Part shown: piece by piece, positions 1 through 12,930 of the stretch
Position numbering within the stretch: the stretch's first letter is position 1
Layout: each line of letters opens with the position of its first letter
Assembly (NCBI GenBank): GCA_030704615.1
Contig: CM060731.1
Span: 32,488,001 to 32,552,000 of the forward strand
Length of the DNA: 64,000 nt
Direction of reading: 5' to 3'
Source of the DNA: Takakia lepidozioides
Taxonomy: Eukaryota; Plantae; Bryophyta
Notes under the pieces: generated by a model
Database searches by the model: none
Seen by the model: the letters and a program-made list of their open reading frames with translations, nothing else
Told to the model about the DNA's origin: nothing
Program-made: the position numbers and the translations under genes

Positions 1-303
1 CCTAATGGCTACAGACAAGTATTGTATCCACCTCTCAAGCAGTTAACGGTAGCAATGTCTATATTGCTACAGGTGTTCACCTGAAATGACACAAGAATTA
101 AAAAGGGTTAATCCGACCACGCCTTCTCTTGCTTCTTGGGAGAAAGGCTCGTGAGCTGCCTGGAACTTCCCGACGCACACCTTTCAGACTTTCGCAATGT
201 GCACAAGACTAAACGTGCATTTTAACAATATCACCTTTGCCGAGCTCAGGTCCACCATTGCAAACGTTAAGCACACAGGAAAAACATCAGCACCGATACA
301 CAC

Positions 304-363
304 CTTCCAGTTTCCGAGTCTCTGCCATGGCCAGTCCGAGAGCAATCCCGGCGAGCTCGCCAT
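304..363 (-). CDS. CER1: First coding exon of a CER1-like very-long-chain aldehyde decarbonylase; the rest of the gene lies left of the window
   Basis: ATG at 363 reads MASSPGLLSDWPWQRLGNWK, matching the CER1 N-terminus (MATKPGVLTDWPWTPLGSFK type). It is followed directly by a GT donor at 303-302. Exon 2 was not found in bases 1-300. Confidence 0.75.
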
Positions 364-1139
364 TGTGTCTGAGCGCCGAGAATCAAACAGGCCACAATAG
401 TGAACCTCACAATGCACTCCGAAATTCCATCGGCAAATGCAAGAACGCGTATTAAACGGACCTCCACAATGTGCTAACTGCACGTCCTCCACACAAGCGA
501 TGGAGAATCTTACAGGGAACCAAAGCCAATTCCACAAAGCCCTGAAGAGAGATCTAAATGTGATATAAATGGATTTCCTCCAAACAGTGGTGCAACTTTC
601 TGCAAAGCAGATTATATTAGTGCCACCGCGTTATTACAAAACGCAAGTGCCCGTGTTACACATTTCTGCACAGTTTTTTTCAGGTGGGACATTACGGTGA
701 TTGGAAGGAAGAAAGAAACAAGATTTTACGGTCTCAAAAAGGAAGGGACTAAGCGCATGGAAGCAGCAGGGAAGGAAGACGATGGTAGCACAGCTGCAGA
801 TGCACAGTGTCTGCATGCACGATCCCTGCGTCTTTACCAACTCTTATGGGATCACGATAAGCCAAGGGAACGGACGCAATGTGTAGATACTCGGGTTCGG
901 GGAACCCTACATTCATGGGAACACGAGAACGCTGGAGGCATTAGTGTGTCTAGGGATTGCAGCCACGAAGGACGGGCGGGTAAACGTAACATGGTAGATA
1001 ATAGAGGTGAAAAGGCGAGCAACCTGCACCACTGGCTGGCGATAGGCACCCTGACCGAACGGATAGGCGGGGCCTTCATATGCCTCTCCACGTGTCCTCA
1101 CGCCACTTCGCCACGTCACAAAACTGAGATATTTCTTGC

Positions 1140-1364
1140 CTTTTTTTCTTTTTTCTTTTTTTAAAGGGAAATACCTGGGAGCGACACCTCACAAATCAGG
1201 CCCCTTGATAGAGAGAGAGGAGAAAATAACCTCTCAGTAACCTCGCCGTAATGCGCAGGGAAGGGGGAGAAGAGCATACCACACCCGTCAAGTAGCAGGA
1301 TTTGACCCCAGGGTCATCCGGATGGCACTTGGTGCACTTTACCAACTGAGCTACTGACTGTTGG
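1140..1364 (-). mobile_element. tRNA-derived SINE-like element
   Basis: Minus strand reads GTCAGTAGCTCAGTTGGTAAAG (A box) ... GGGTCAAATCC (B box-like) at 1358-1287, then a ~120-bp body and an A-rich tail (T run 1141-1162 on plus). No clear TSD. Confidence 0.55.
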
Positions 1365-2049
1365 TTGCTATTTTATGTTTGGAAAAAAAAACTAGGGCTT
1401 CGCGTTGCTCCGCACTACTAGCGACGAATTCTGAGAACTAAGTTCAATTTTTCACAAAAAAGGGGTGGGTCATCCCCACGGTGTTTACATGCAGAGATCC
1501 CGTGTTTTGTTTTTTTCTGGAAGAAAAATGGCGGATCTGCATTTCAATGTTCAAATTTTCACAAGCCGCATCAATCAATAACAACATACCCAAATACCCT
1601 TCCATTCGCTATATGAACTTTCAAGCATCCACCGTGGGATTGGATCTTGGTGGGTTAAGGCTAGCTTTTGACAATATTCATGTAAATTCATCAAGGGCTC
1701 CATCCAAAGCCACACCATGAGAAACAACAAACATGTCCAAATTTAAGATGCTGATCAAACTTGTGCACAGGGCTGCCCCTCTCATCAAGCTCATTAAAAT
1801 TCGTATTCACTTCCATCTTCAAGCTTTGGAGAAGCTCCACCACCCAAACCCAGAATTAGGACAGCACTCTGATTTCCATCCACTGTCACCAGAATCAGTC
1901 AAAAATCACCTCTTCAGTCAAGTGCAATTGTGGGCCGACTTCCTACCTATGCCGGGTAGACCCCACTATCAGGAAATGGTGGATGGTCTGAGTAGCTACA
2001 CAGATAAAGGAATGAAGCAAGACACTAGCATCTCCAAGAAAACCTCATT

Positions 2050-3272
2050 TCACCAGTAATCACCACAAGAACAAATCCCATCTTCAAAGTGGTGGAAAGT
2101 AGTTAGCGTCCCATACAACAATTGCTTGGCCAACAATCTTTGAGATGAATTTGGTGGAGGTGTGGCAGTCTCCACACACTCGAAGATTCTTGATGAGTCG
2201 TGCTAATCAGCCCAAAACCAATGGCCAACTTCTCACTGTGGTGGCTAAGAGAAAATTCTTTTCCTCCACATCATGCAATAAAAAACGTGTGTCAGGCACA
2301 TACCCCGCCTCCTTCATCTGCACAGACAATCTTCTCAGCTCAGCATGGATTTCCTTAATTCTGGGATGCAACTTGTCATCTGGCTCCTTTTTAACCCCTC
2401 TGACCTTCATCATTCTTCTTACCTTTGCAGTATCATCCCACCTGCCAGCTGCAGCATGGATGTTTGATATAGCACCACATAAGTCGTGGCATCCTATTCA
2501 TCCCACTTGAGGATAGATGTTGCCACACATTCAGCCATCTCCACATTGTCATGGATTCTGCAGGCACCAAGCAAGGCCTTCCACACCACAACATCTAGAT
2601 TGATTGGCATTTTATTAATCAGGTCCACTACCTCATCCAGTTGTCCCGCACGTCCAAAAAGGTCCACCATGCAGCCGAAGTGCTTTACTGTCAGATTGAT
2701 ACCAGCTTCAAGCCTTTCTTTTACATTCCTTCAAATAGTTGTTGGACCTCCCTATGACAACCATGCTGGGCATATCCTGCGATCATCGCATTCCACGACA
2801 CCACATTTCATTCAGCCATATTGTCAAATACTCCCTTTGCATCTTCATTGCAGTCACATTTCACATACAAGTGAACTAGGGCAGTGTCCAGAATGACATT
2901 TGATACAATTCCAACTTTGATGATGTCACCATGAACCTCTTTGCCCTTTTCCAGGGCTGCCAGGCTCGCACACGCATTGCAAATGCACACAAACGTGATG
3001 TGGTCAGGCTTCACCCCTTCCCCCATCATTTGCTCATAGGTCTCCAAAGCCTCCCTGCTGTGCATACCCTGCAAGCATCGCGCTCCACGACACCATATCT
3101 TGTTCAGCCTGCATATTGTTGAAAACTGCCTTTGCATCCTTAATATACCCATATTTGGCATACATGTCCACCAGGGCAGTGTTCAGAATGACATCTGGTA
3201 CAATTCCAGCTTTGACGATCTCATCATGGACCTCTTTCCCCTTTTCCAGGGCTCCCAGGTTTGCACACACAA
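2050..3272 (-). pseudogene. PLS-class PPR-E-DYW RNA-editing factor pseudogene
   Basis: PPR motifs (TALVDMYAKYG, DMVSWSAMLAGYAQ, GVKPDHITFV), E domain (VVWKALLGACRIH), and DYW motifs [24 protein letters not shown] and [12 protein letters not shown] ending at 2050. Several frameshifts and stops. Confidence 0.9.
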
Positions 3273-3274
3273 GG

Positions 3275-3530
3275 CTGCCCCTTCACTCATCCATGTCACA
3301 AACCGGAAACGAGTTCAGGGTTTTATGCCTAACTGTTGTTCGGACATTCTGTACTCTTCCAATATGGCCTTGGACACGTCAGCTTCCAAGTCAGCTTCCA
3401 AGTCAACTTCATCTTAGCAGGGTCAGTTCCTCTTGCCTAATATTCAGGTACTTGAAATCTCCTCTTCCCGTTCTGCCAGGACTTCACCTGTTGGACTGGA
3501 TGTTGGCAGATCCACTACCTTCGTCTCCAG
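3275..3530 (-). mobile_element. LINE ORF2 fragment related to the element at 56.9-58.7 kb
   Basis: Reverse complement resembles 57330-57590 (DLEA..VSKA...LNxFPVCDM segment). Confidence 0.55.
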
Positions 3531-3650
3531 ACACAAAACCAATGGCCAGCTTCTCACTGTGGTGGCAAACAGAAAATTCTTTTTCCTCCTCCCCCACATC
3601 ATGCAATACAAAGCGCGTGTCAGGCACATACCCCGCCTCCTTTCATCTAC
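3531..3650 (-). pseudogene. Second DYW-domain fragment
   Basis: Reads [33 protein letters not shown]; near-duplicate of 2215-2325. Confidence 0.8.
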
Positions 3651-3657
3651 CCAGACT

Positions 3658-4005
3658 CATGGCTGGTTGTGAAACCCACGCGGACAGCTACAGAAGTATA
3701 TATAAGGGGAGTAGTGACCCCGAGAACGGTGCAAGCCCGTTGGTGACCAAAAACTAGTGAGTAAGCGAGCGAGCCGGAAAGCGACCAAAGAGTGGGGAGC
3801 TGTTCCGGACTGCCATCTACCAAAGGGAATTCCACTAGGCCCAAATAGGTGGAGGGTTTAGTGGGGGAGCGAAGGGGGACCGTTATGTCCCGGTGAGCAG
3901 CCGAAGCTCCAAGTTGGCCCGGCGGCCAGGTTGGGAGTCAGGCGCGCGCATCAAAGCAAGTAACTATGACTTGAAGGGGAGCTTACCGAAGTGAGGTGCG
4001 CGACA
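3658..4005. mobile_element. Partial LTR, family A
   Basis: Highly similar to 34553-34898 and ~47865-48209; ends GTGCGCGACA. Confidence 0.85.
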
Positions 4006-4990
4006 CTCCAGGACTCCTTCCATTTCGTCGTCTCCACTCTTCCCCGCCCATGGGATGGATGGATGGATGGATGGGAGTGGATGAATGGGAGTATAAGGCT
4101 TCTTTATAGGGCTACTACCATCCAAGGGAATGAAGATTTTTTAATGTGGGGGTGACATACATCTTTCCATCAGGTTTTTCAGCAGATGCGTGTCTTGAGC
4201 GACGGTCTTCCTCACCAGGTATTTGGCCGTCACCCAGACTCGGAGGTCTCTCGAAATCTCTGCTCGCCGCGTAGAACTACGCACCTATCGCTCTCTCGCA
4301 CCTCAAATCGGACACAGTCACACTCTCACTTCTTTGTGGAACCCTCGCATTCTTGTGGCACTATTGCTCTGCCTCTGCTTGAAGCTTTTGCAAGGTGGAT
4401 ATAGTGGGAGCCAGCTACTACTGGGAGCAGGTGAGCTGTGGGTTATGAAGTATCGGGGAGAGTGGTGCGGGGACAGATTCTTGTAGAGTGGAGTGGCGTG
4501 GGCCAAGATTTTGCATTGCATCTCGAGCTCGATCCTGGAGCCCTCTCAATGCTTGGACCAGCACGATGGTCTCTTCGCCTTGGGGTATGTAATTGTCATT
4601 TTCTCTCTACCCCTTGTCTATAATGTCTGGTTGTTTAATCCTATTGTGTGTCTTGTGGAAGTAGTCCTTCTCTCCGTTGCTGGGTGGTGGCCGATGCCCT
4701 CGTAGTGCCTCGGTCAATGCACTTTTATCTCTATTTGTGGGTCCCCCCTTTTCAAGCTTCTCGTTCTTGCTATGGTGGGCCCTTTTGTCTGAATTTATAA
4801 TCTCTTACTCAGTATGCACTACATCAGCTGCACTACATCAGAGTCATGTCTACAGATGAGGTACATGGGTGTTCTTTTGCAATTATATGAAAGAGGGAGA
4901 GAGAGAAATGAAATGAAATGGTGCTTTATAACGTCCACGGAAAGCTCGTAGAGAGAGAGAGATTGCACTTAAAAAAAAATGTGATTGCAG

Positions 4991-5326
4991 TTACATTTGG
5001 GAAAAGGGAGTACAAGACTGAGCCTGGTAACCTGAATGGGGGCAAGACTTCACAATCGAACTCTGATTTTGCTTTGTAAGTACCATATTTCCTGTTTTTT
5101 TCTTAAATCTGAGAAAATCATTATGCACACATTCAGTTCTGTGAGTTTTGAGATCCTCCACTGCAGTTGTCTGGTTTTGCAGTTGTCTACAACCAAATGA
5201 ATTTTAATTTATGCCGTATGTTTTCTTTTTTGAGGTTAGCAATAAAGAATATGATGCCAAAGAAATTCCAGTCTCTCTTTCCGCTCCAGAATCTAACAAC
5301 AAGGATGAGGCTCTGACCCACACTGG
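4991..5326 (+). pseudogene. Exon remnants of a plant C2-like-domain protein (xMGKREYQT-type family)
   Basis: AG|..TFGKREYKTEPG...SDFA|GTAAGT exon (4991-5075) and a later segment PVSLSAPESNNKDEALTHT|GT. Recognised from memory only; no complete gene. Confidence 0.3.
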
Positions 5327-5719
5327 TATTCTTGTTGGGACTTAGACTGTGCCGAACTGATAACAATTTGGGGATGTGCCTTACAGATATGGCAGTTCCA
5401 TCTAACTAGAGTAACTTCGTTGGACAAGCCACTTGCAGTCATCCAAAGGAAGGTGCTAATGGCTGGAGGCTGTCACAACTGAATAGCTGGATAACAGGGG
5501 ACATTGAGAGAGGTCTACCAATCCATCTTATGGCCCCTGTACGAATCATGTCAGATGAAGAGTTTAGGTCGCATAGGTGTGTAGGATGTGACTGTGAAAA
5601 TTGTGAATCACTTAGATGGCTTAAGAATTGTAGCGCGAATGGTAGGGTGCATAGAAGACCAACCCTACTGTGTGAATGTAGGTTCCCTGTGTATATTCCC
5701 AGGCGGAGGACGCGGAGAC

Positions 5720-5905
5720 GTTCACCCCCTCCGCCCCCTCCGCCCCCCGCCTTGCCTCCCTCCCCCACCTCCACCTCCACCCTCCCTTCTGTCCCCCTTC
5801 TGCCCCCTCTCCCCACCTTGCCCCCCCCCCCCCCCCCACCGCCACCTCCACCCTCCCCTCTGTACCCCTTTTGGCCCCTCTCCCCACCTTGTCTTCCCCC
5901 CCCAA
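5720..5905. repeat. C-rich low-complexity tract with an internally duplicated ~50-bp unit
   Basis: ccacctccaccctccc..ctgt..ccc..tt..gcccctctccccaccttg occurs twice, at ~5772 and ~5842. Confidence 0.7.
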
Positions 5906-6549
5906 TTCCACATGATGTGCAAAACCAAAAACACCATGTTCAAGTTGTTTTGGTAACAAGTTTGGTCATTCATGTCTTGGGGAATTTGATATCGATTGAG
6001 CTAGAAATGGAGCGTGACCAGAAATGAGGGCTACACAGCACATGAGCACTTGAGCAATTGCTCAGAGGGTGGATAGCCACTGTTGATGGATGCAATTATC
6101 TCTGATGCAGTTTTTTTAATTAGCCTAGACAACACCAGTGAGGAGTTGGGTGCAGATCACTAAGTTGGGTGGCAAAGTGAGGAGAAACATGAAAATGCAT
6201 TTTGTAACCGCCCATGAGGTTTCTTTAGGCTCTAGATTTGTTATTCCTGCTCATGAGAAGGCAATCATGTCTGTAGACTTTCATTCTTCACTGATATGTC
6301 ACATGGGCCAAAAACGAGGTTTGTTATTTCATGAGCATGAGCGGCATGAGCGGAGTAGTAAGACGATCGGTTTTCATGAGCAGAAGTACACATTTCGAAA
6401 ATAAAAAACAATAAAAAACAATAATTTAATGCAATGTGTCAGGAAAAACAAATATATTATTCGGCCCCTTGAAGGGAAAATTGCAGTTTTGACAGTTGTG
6501 CTCATGATATTTCGTCTTCCGCTCATGCCAATTCCCAGCGACATGTGCA

Positions 6550-6915
6550 AATATGGCGCCGAATTTCGCGGTAATAGGGTCCGTAACCTGAAAAAACGGC
6601 GACGTATTTCGCGGTAATAGGTCTCTCTGGCGAAAAATGGTGCCGAATTCCGCGGCTATAGGTCCCCTCATGACAGGTAATTCGGCGCCATTTTTCCAGT
6701 GCATGTTCGGACTTAGCCAGTTTTCGGCGCAAAATAGGGAAATTCGGCGCCATTTTTGCCAGACACAAGTACCAGTGCATGTTGGGACTTAGCCAGTTTT
6801 CGGCCCAAAAAAGAGAAATTCGGCGCCATTTTCCCAGACACAAGTACTAGTGCATGTTGGGACTTAGCCAGTTTTCGGCCCCAAAAAGAGAAATTCGGCG
6901 CCATTTCTCCAAAAA
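6550..6915. repeat. Subterminal ~75-bp tandem repeats with AAATTCGGCGCC half-sites
   Basis: aaattcggcgccattt..ccagacacaagtac.agtgcatgttgggacttagccagttttcggc repeated about 3 times. Confidence 0.85.
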
Positions 6916-7068
6916 TGGCCCCACAACTGCTTCTATTGGATCTCAGTTTGAATGGAATATTGCCTCATTCCAGGAGTTTTGGGGTGCATTTCATTACACT
7001 GCAAAAAAAAAATCTGATACAGCAAAATGCAATTGAAAATATCCATATGGAGGATTCCCTTTGCCCCA

Positions 7069-10000
7069 TCAATGATTTCTGGAATCCCTAAGGAGGAGTT
7101 TGTGCAGCTCGTTCACGCTCAAAGCCGGTGCATGAATAAAGTCATCAATAGTCACGTTCATCCTCAACCTCTTTAGGTAAATGTAATACAGATGCTTGCA
7201 CGGATAATACTACGAACCCTTCTTTGCTTCCATCAACGAGAAGTCCGTACAATTGCAAGTCGGCTCCACTCCAATCGTAATTGTGTATACATCGTCGCGT
7301 ACAGCCGAGCCGGCCGTGCTATCCGATACACTCGCCCAAGGCCGGGTGGGGGTACGTCCACGGAGCTCTGAATAGTGCAAGTCATCCCAAGAGCATTGGC
7401 AATCCGAGTCTCATTCAACTTGTTGGGAGGGTGTCGTCTCTTCACTCTTTCGAATCGCATTGTGGGATGTGCAGAATTGTCCAATCCGTCTCTACTGGAC
7501 CGAGCAGTCTGCAATGGCTGGGTCTGAGGAACCGGAAATGCGTGGGTCGGGATGTCTGTGCGTTGCACCATTCGAAATCCTGCTGCAGATAGAGCATCCG
7601 CCTCATTCAGAGAGAGGCTGCAACCCGGTGCAACAGGCCAGACGCCCGGAGGCTCCGGCATTCCTTGAATCCCGTACTTGGGCTTGCCAAATACACAGGT
7701 CATTATGTCGTGCCTACATAACCAAAATGTCTGCGTTGTGGCGTGAGCAAATGTGGGAGTAAAAAATCTGTCGCTGAAACAAGGTGCAGGTACAACACCG
7801 TGTGGGTTCCTCCGAATCATCTCACCACAGCGTGCTCTCGTATCCACCTGGATGGCGCAACACTTCCCTCGAAATGCCGGCAATGTCCTCGCAATTCTCC
7901 ACTGTGACTCCGACACTCTTGTCTCCACAATGGGAATGTTGTACTGCTTTACTACAGATGGCTCGTTATAAGGAGATGGCGATCTTGAACGTGTAGGACT
8001 TGCGGTGCTCGACGAGACCTCCTCGGGCAACATCACCGGACCACGAGGGAGCGTGCGAATATTCTTGTCAGCTCGCCATGAATCCTCTTCTCCGTCAGGT
8101 GCCTCGTCAAGTCTTCATCTCACTGGACGGGTATGAACATCTCCTTCCAAATGTTGGCCTATTCGCAGCAATGGCGTGTCCCGAAGGCCCTCTCGCAAGG
8201 CCGCCGCCCACTTCCGAGGATTCTTCGATCTAGAGGCAGTCCGCATCAGCATTTCCTGCCTGTCCGTCCCCAAGCCCCACTGTTTCCCTTTCAAGAACTC
8301 GTTGTACTTGCATTGCTGCATAATTGACCTCACAATGTCCTCCGTTGTGGCAGTGAGGATGTCCACCAGATGCGCCACAGAGGAGGCACGCCAGGAAGAG
8401 TGCACTGATTCGGCCATGTTTGTCGTGGGCATGTCGGTGTCGGAGTCGAGACACATTTCCTGCACAAGCACATGTTGAGGTTACAAGCAAGTTACAAATA
8501 TGGCCAAGAATAATATTCAACAAGACGCGAATTCGTGCAACTCACCTCCCGCATATAGTCGCCGAACTGGAGGAAACGATAATGCCACCATGCTAGCCAA
8601 CTGACCATTGCTCCCTCGTCTGATTTCCTTACAGCACCTGACGATGTCCACCAAGCCCGTATACATGCAAACTGTGTCTCTGCATCATCCAAGGTGGGAG
8701 CTCGCTTCCACGCAAGGCACATGGAATGGTGCTCCTCTCTGAAATCTGGCGCCACGAGTCTGGTTGTGTACTGCGAAAGGCTTTGCAGAAAATGGAACCC
8801 ACAAAATCTCTCCTTGCCTTCCATGGGAACATTGGGGTCTTGCCCATACACCCTTCGGATGGCAGCCCAATTTGCTTGTGCGTTGTCCGCCATGAAACCA
8901 CGGAAATTCGGAGGGGGCAATCCCGCCTTGGCCATCTGTTCGTTTATTCCCTGCCAAAGAAGCATCTCCGATTGTGTGTCCTCTCCTTTCATCTCACAAA
9001 TAGCAATTGTCATTAGCATCCTGCAGTGGGTGTCGTAGACATGTGCACCCATTGTCATCCACTGGTGATTTGTAATTCGCTTGATATGGTCGAACATGAC
9101 CCAACTGTTTGACAAGTCCCCACTCGTCATCCTGTTGACCACTTCGACGCCGCTGCCAGGTCCACACGTGGATATTTTGAATACGAAACAACGATCTGCC
9201 TCAGTCCCTTGTCCTGGAAACCTACTTCCATGAATGTAGTCATATCCACATCGTCGCTTCACCTCCAGAATGGAGTGCATATCCGAGCCACGCCCAATTT
9301 TCTGTTTGCATGAGACAATGTGGTTTCGGACATTCGGTGAACATACGTGGGACACCGACTCCAGCAATGCCTCCATTTCCTTCTCGTCGAGATGAACTCT
9401 ATCGGAGCCGTCTTCCGACATAATTCTGGCCAATGCCATCTTATGGGCGGCTTGGAGCTGTATCTGTTTGGGTTTGGCACCCGGTCTCAACTTAACCTCC
9501 TCCTGAACGAGCTGCTCTGCTTTGTGGGCAGCCTCCCGCGAGTTCCCCCTCGCCAATTTGTGACAATGGGAACCAACGTGTATGCAAGCTCGGGTGAGGT
9601 CATGGAAATGGTGCAACACATAGAACTGCTTGGCATTACAAACAGACATGCAGTGTGGTGGTTCTTTGCAATGCGCACACTTAAATGTGGAGTTCGGAAC
9701 CTTCTCCTGAGCTCGAAATGGTTGATGAGCTGTGCCTGTCCAATCGGTCTCGTTCCTGTGACCTCTGGATTTAAAGTGGAAGCAAGTTGGGGAGAAACAC
9801 CGCAACGCGCCCGCACAAACAACGTAGCGCACCCGCACACCATCGAGCATCTTCATGCTGGTGGTTTTGGTAACGCACCAAGGATGACCGTCATGTTTTC
9901 TATCCATATCTGTCAACATTCCGGACGCCTTCGAGTAGTCCGCCCGAGGAGGGAACTCAAAGAAGATATTACCGTCGACGTCGGCGGGAAGGCATGTAAC

Positions 10001-10630
10001 CGATTTAATTGCAAACTTGCTGTTATCCAGCCCGGCCAACTCCGACCGGTGTCCCTCCAGGTGAAGCCCTCGCAGAATTTCAAGAATAGATCGAACTGCG
10101 GTGCTCGTGCTGGGAATATGACTCCCTCCTCCACTGACGTCCATTAAGGACTTGCCTGATCTCCAGGACGACCTCGGAACTTCCATGACCTCGTCTGCAG
10201 ACAGGTTGTGAACAACCCGGTTCTCGCTCGTCTTCATGGATGGGTTCGGCTCTGGATTTACTTCGTTGCGGACTTCTCTCTTTGAGGTAGCCACTCTCTG
10301 ATTCGCGGATTGTTTCGTGGAAGGCGCCAGGATAGAAGGTGCATTTGGCGGGCAAATGAAGTCCCCAACAGCCCTGTATATGACGTTGTCCGATGGTGGA
10401 ACTCGTCATTCCCTGCCATCGCCGAAATCATCATGGAGCACAACAATACTCTCGACAACAAGGCCGTTTGAGTCCTTCATTTCCTCCTCCAAAAAAACCG
10501 ACCCCGGTTTCAGGTGGTATCGAACGCACAGATATTTCTCCATCACCCAGCCGATGTCCCCTCTGCACGGAAATGAAGCTCTATGCTCGTGAGGAGGGCA
10601 GTACACTGTAGCGCTCGGGTTTTCCACCAT
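7069..10630 (-). pseudogene. MULE-type DDE transposase with N-terminal GCM-like zinc domain and C-terminal SWIM finger
   Basis: GCM-like DGHPW..CAGALRC..C..CAHC..C..HVGSHCH. DDE motifs VMFDH, FMADNAQA, CGFH and PTTNMAES (after a GT-AG intron at 8545-8460). SWIM TCNCTDF..CKHLYY at ~7260-7185. Premature stop at 10406-10408 and frameshifts near 8120 and 7320. Confidence 0.85.
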
Positions 10631-10789
10631 GGGAGATGTGCACACAAGACTGCCAGGATGGCGTGCGGGGAAGCTCCCTGGTAGAAGGGGGATGCAGCGA
10701 TGGGAAGGAATGCGGTGCCGATTTGTCCGAGCGACGCAGTCAGAAAGTGGGGGGCCGTCCGGATGATGACGGCTGAAGGGGAGAAGCCG

Positions 10790-12930
10790 GCACCGTGCCG
10801 TCACATTACTACCCCCGAATGGAAATTCGGCACCCAATATCCAACAGGGGCCGCACGGATGAAGTCGTCTGGGGCAGAGATGCCGGCACCCGTCCGACAG
10901 AGAACATCCCCCGGACGGAAATTCAGCGCCGAATTTCCATTCGGATCCCCCCAAATGAAGTCATGTCGGGGGGTCAGGCCGAAAACTGGCCGACATAAAA
11001 ACCTACGCGGATGGAAAAACGGCGCCGAATTTCCATCCGAGGCCTTTCGGATGTAGTCGGCTCGGGGGAAAGGCCGCCATCTGGCCCTCACATTACAACC
11101 CCCGGACGGAAATTCGGCACCGAATATACAACAGGGGAAGCCCGGATGAAGTCGCCTCGGGCGCAGAGGCCGGCGCGTGTGCGACAGAGAACATCCCCTG
11201 GATGAAGATTCGGCGCCGAATTTCCATCCGGGCCCCCCCAAAGGAAGTCGTGTCGGGGGGTCAGGCCGAAAACTGGCCGGCATAAAAACATCCCCAGATG
11301 GAAAAACGGCGCCGAATTTCCATCCGGGGCGGTTCGGATGCAGTCGGGGAGGGGGGAGAGGCCGGCACCTGGCCGTCACATTTCAACCCCCAGACGGAAA
11401 TTCGGCACCGAATATCCAACAGGGGACGCCCGGATGAAGTCGCCTCGGACATAGAGGCCGACACGTGTTCGACAGAGAGCATCCCCTGGATGGAGATTCG
11501 GCGCCGAATTTCCATCCGGGCCCCCCCAAAGGAAGTCGTGTCGGGGGGTCAGACCGAAAACTGGCCGACATAAAAACCTCCCCAGGAAAAACGGCGCCGA
11601 ATTTCAATCCGAGGCCGTTCCAATGCAGTCGGGGAGGGGGGAGAGGCCGGCACCTGGCCGTCATATTTCAACCCCCGGACGGAAATTCGGCACCGAATAT
11701 CCAACAGAGCGGCAGAGAGGCCGGCACCTCTCCGACAGAGACCATCCCCCGGATGGAAATTCGGCGCCCCCTCAAAGGAAGTCGTAAAAACCTCCCCAGA
11801 TGGAAAAACGGCGCCGAATTTCCATCCGGGGCCGTTCCAATGCAGTCGGGGAGAGGGGAGAGGCCGGCACCTGGCCGTCATATTTCAACCCCCAGACGGA
11901 AATTCGGCACCGAATATCCAACAGAGCGGCGGAGAGGCCGGCACCTCTCCGACAGAGACCATCCCCCGAATGGAAATTCGGCGCCGAATTTCCATCGGGG
12001 CCCCCTCAAAGGAAGTCGCAGAAACCTCCCAGAATGGGAAAACGGCGCCAAATTCCGTCCGAGGCTGTTCCGATTTGCCTCTAGCAGTCAAGGATTCCAA
12101 GAAAAACGTGTCTACAAGTGCACTTCAGCCACAAAACAAACAGTTAGGTTTGTTTTTCTCTGAAAAATCAATCCGACACGCTCAGAATTACCTGTAGGAA
12201 GGTAATTCAGCGCTCAGAATTACCTGCAGGAAGGTAATTCAGCGCTTCGAAATACCTGGCGAATGGAAATTCGGCGCCGAATATCCTTACGCCAGTGATC
12301 CGACTTACCTGCAGGATGGAAATTCGGCGCCGGATTTCCATCCATCCGGGATTCGAATTACCTGCAGGATGGAAATTCGGCGCCGGATTTCCATCCATCC
12401 GGGATTCGAATTACCTGCTGGATGGAAATTCGGCGCCGGATTTCCATCCATCCGGGATTCGAATTACCTGCAGGATGGAAATTCGGCGCCGGATCTCCAT
12501 CCATCCGCTCTCTGCCCAACCTTGCGGATGGAAATCCGGCCCCGGATTTCCATCCATCCGCCTCCGAATTACCTGCTTGAGGGAAATTTCGCGCGCCGCC
12601 CTACCTGCGCGGATGGAAATCCGGCGGTGGATTTCCATCCATCCGCTTCTGAATTACCTGCGTGAGGGAAATTTGGCGCGCCGCCCTACCTGCGCGGATG
12701 GAAATCCGGCGCCGGATTTCCATCCATCCGCTTCTGAATTACCTGCGTGAGGGAAATTTCGCACGCCGCCCTACCTTGCTGGATGGAAATTCGGCGCTGA
12801 ATTTCCATCCTGCTGCGCTCCGAATTACCTGCAGGATGGAAATCCGACGCCGGAATTCCATCGTGCAGAGCTCCGAATTACCTCTACGTTGGAAATTCCG
12901 GGCCTCTTTCCGTCGATTTTCATCCGACAT
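10790..12930. repeat. Higher-order tandem array (~290-bp, ~52-bp and ~85-bp units) built on the 30-bp palindrome GGATGGAAATTCGGCGCCGAATTTCCATCC
   Basis: More than 20 near-perfect or partial copies between the two divergent genes, e.g. 11200-11229, 11487-11518 and 12315-12344. Confidence 0.9.

Noticed and set aside
1287-1358. Functional tRNA gene
   Set aside because: Acceptor and anticodon stems are imperfect, and it is followed by a body and A-rich tail, which fits a SINE head better.
5530-6027. Extensin-like proline-rich gene
   Set aside because: The ORF arises from a C-rich low-complexity tract, with no signal peptide or regular SP4 repeats.
10790-12930. Numerous overlapping ORFs (MEIRRRISI.., DGNSAPNFHP..)
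   Set aside because: They are translation artefacts of the palindromic tandem array.
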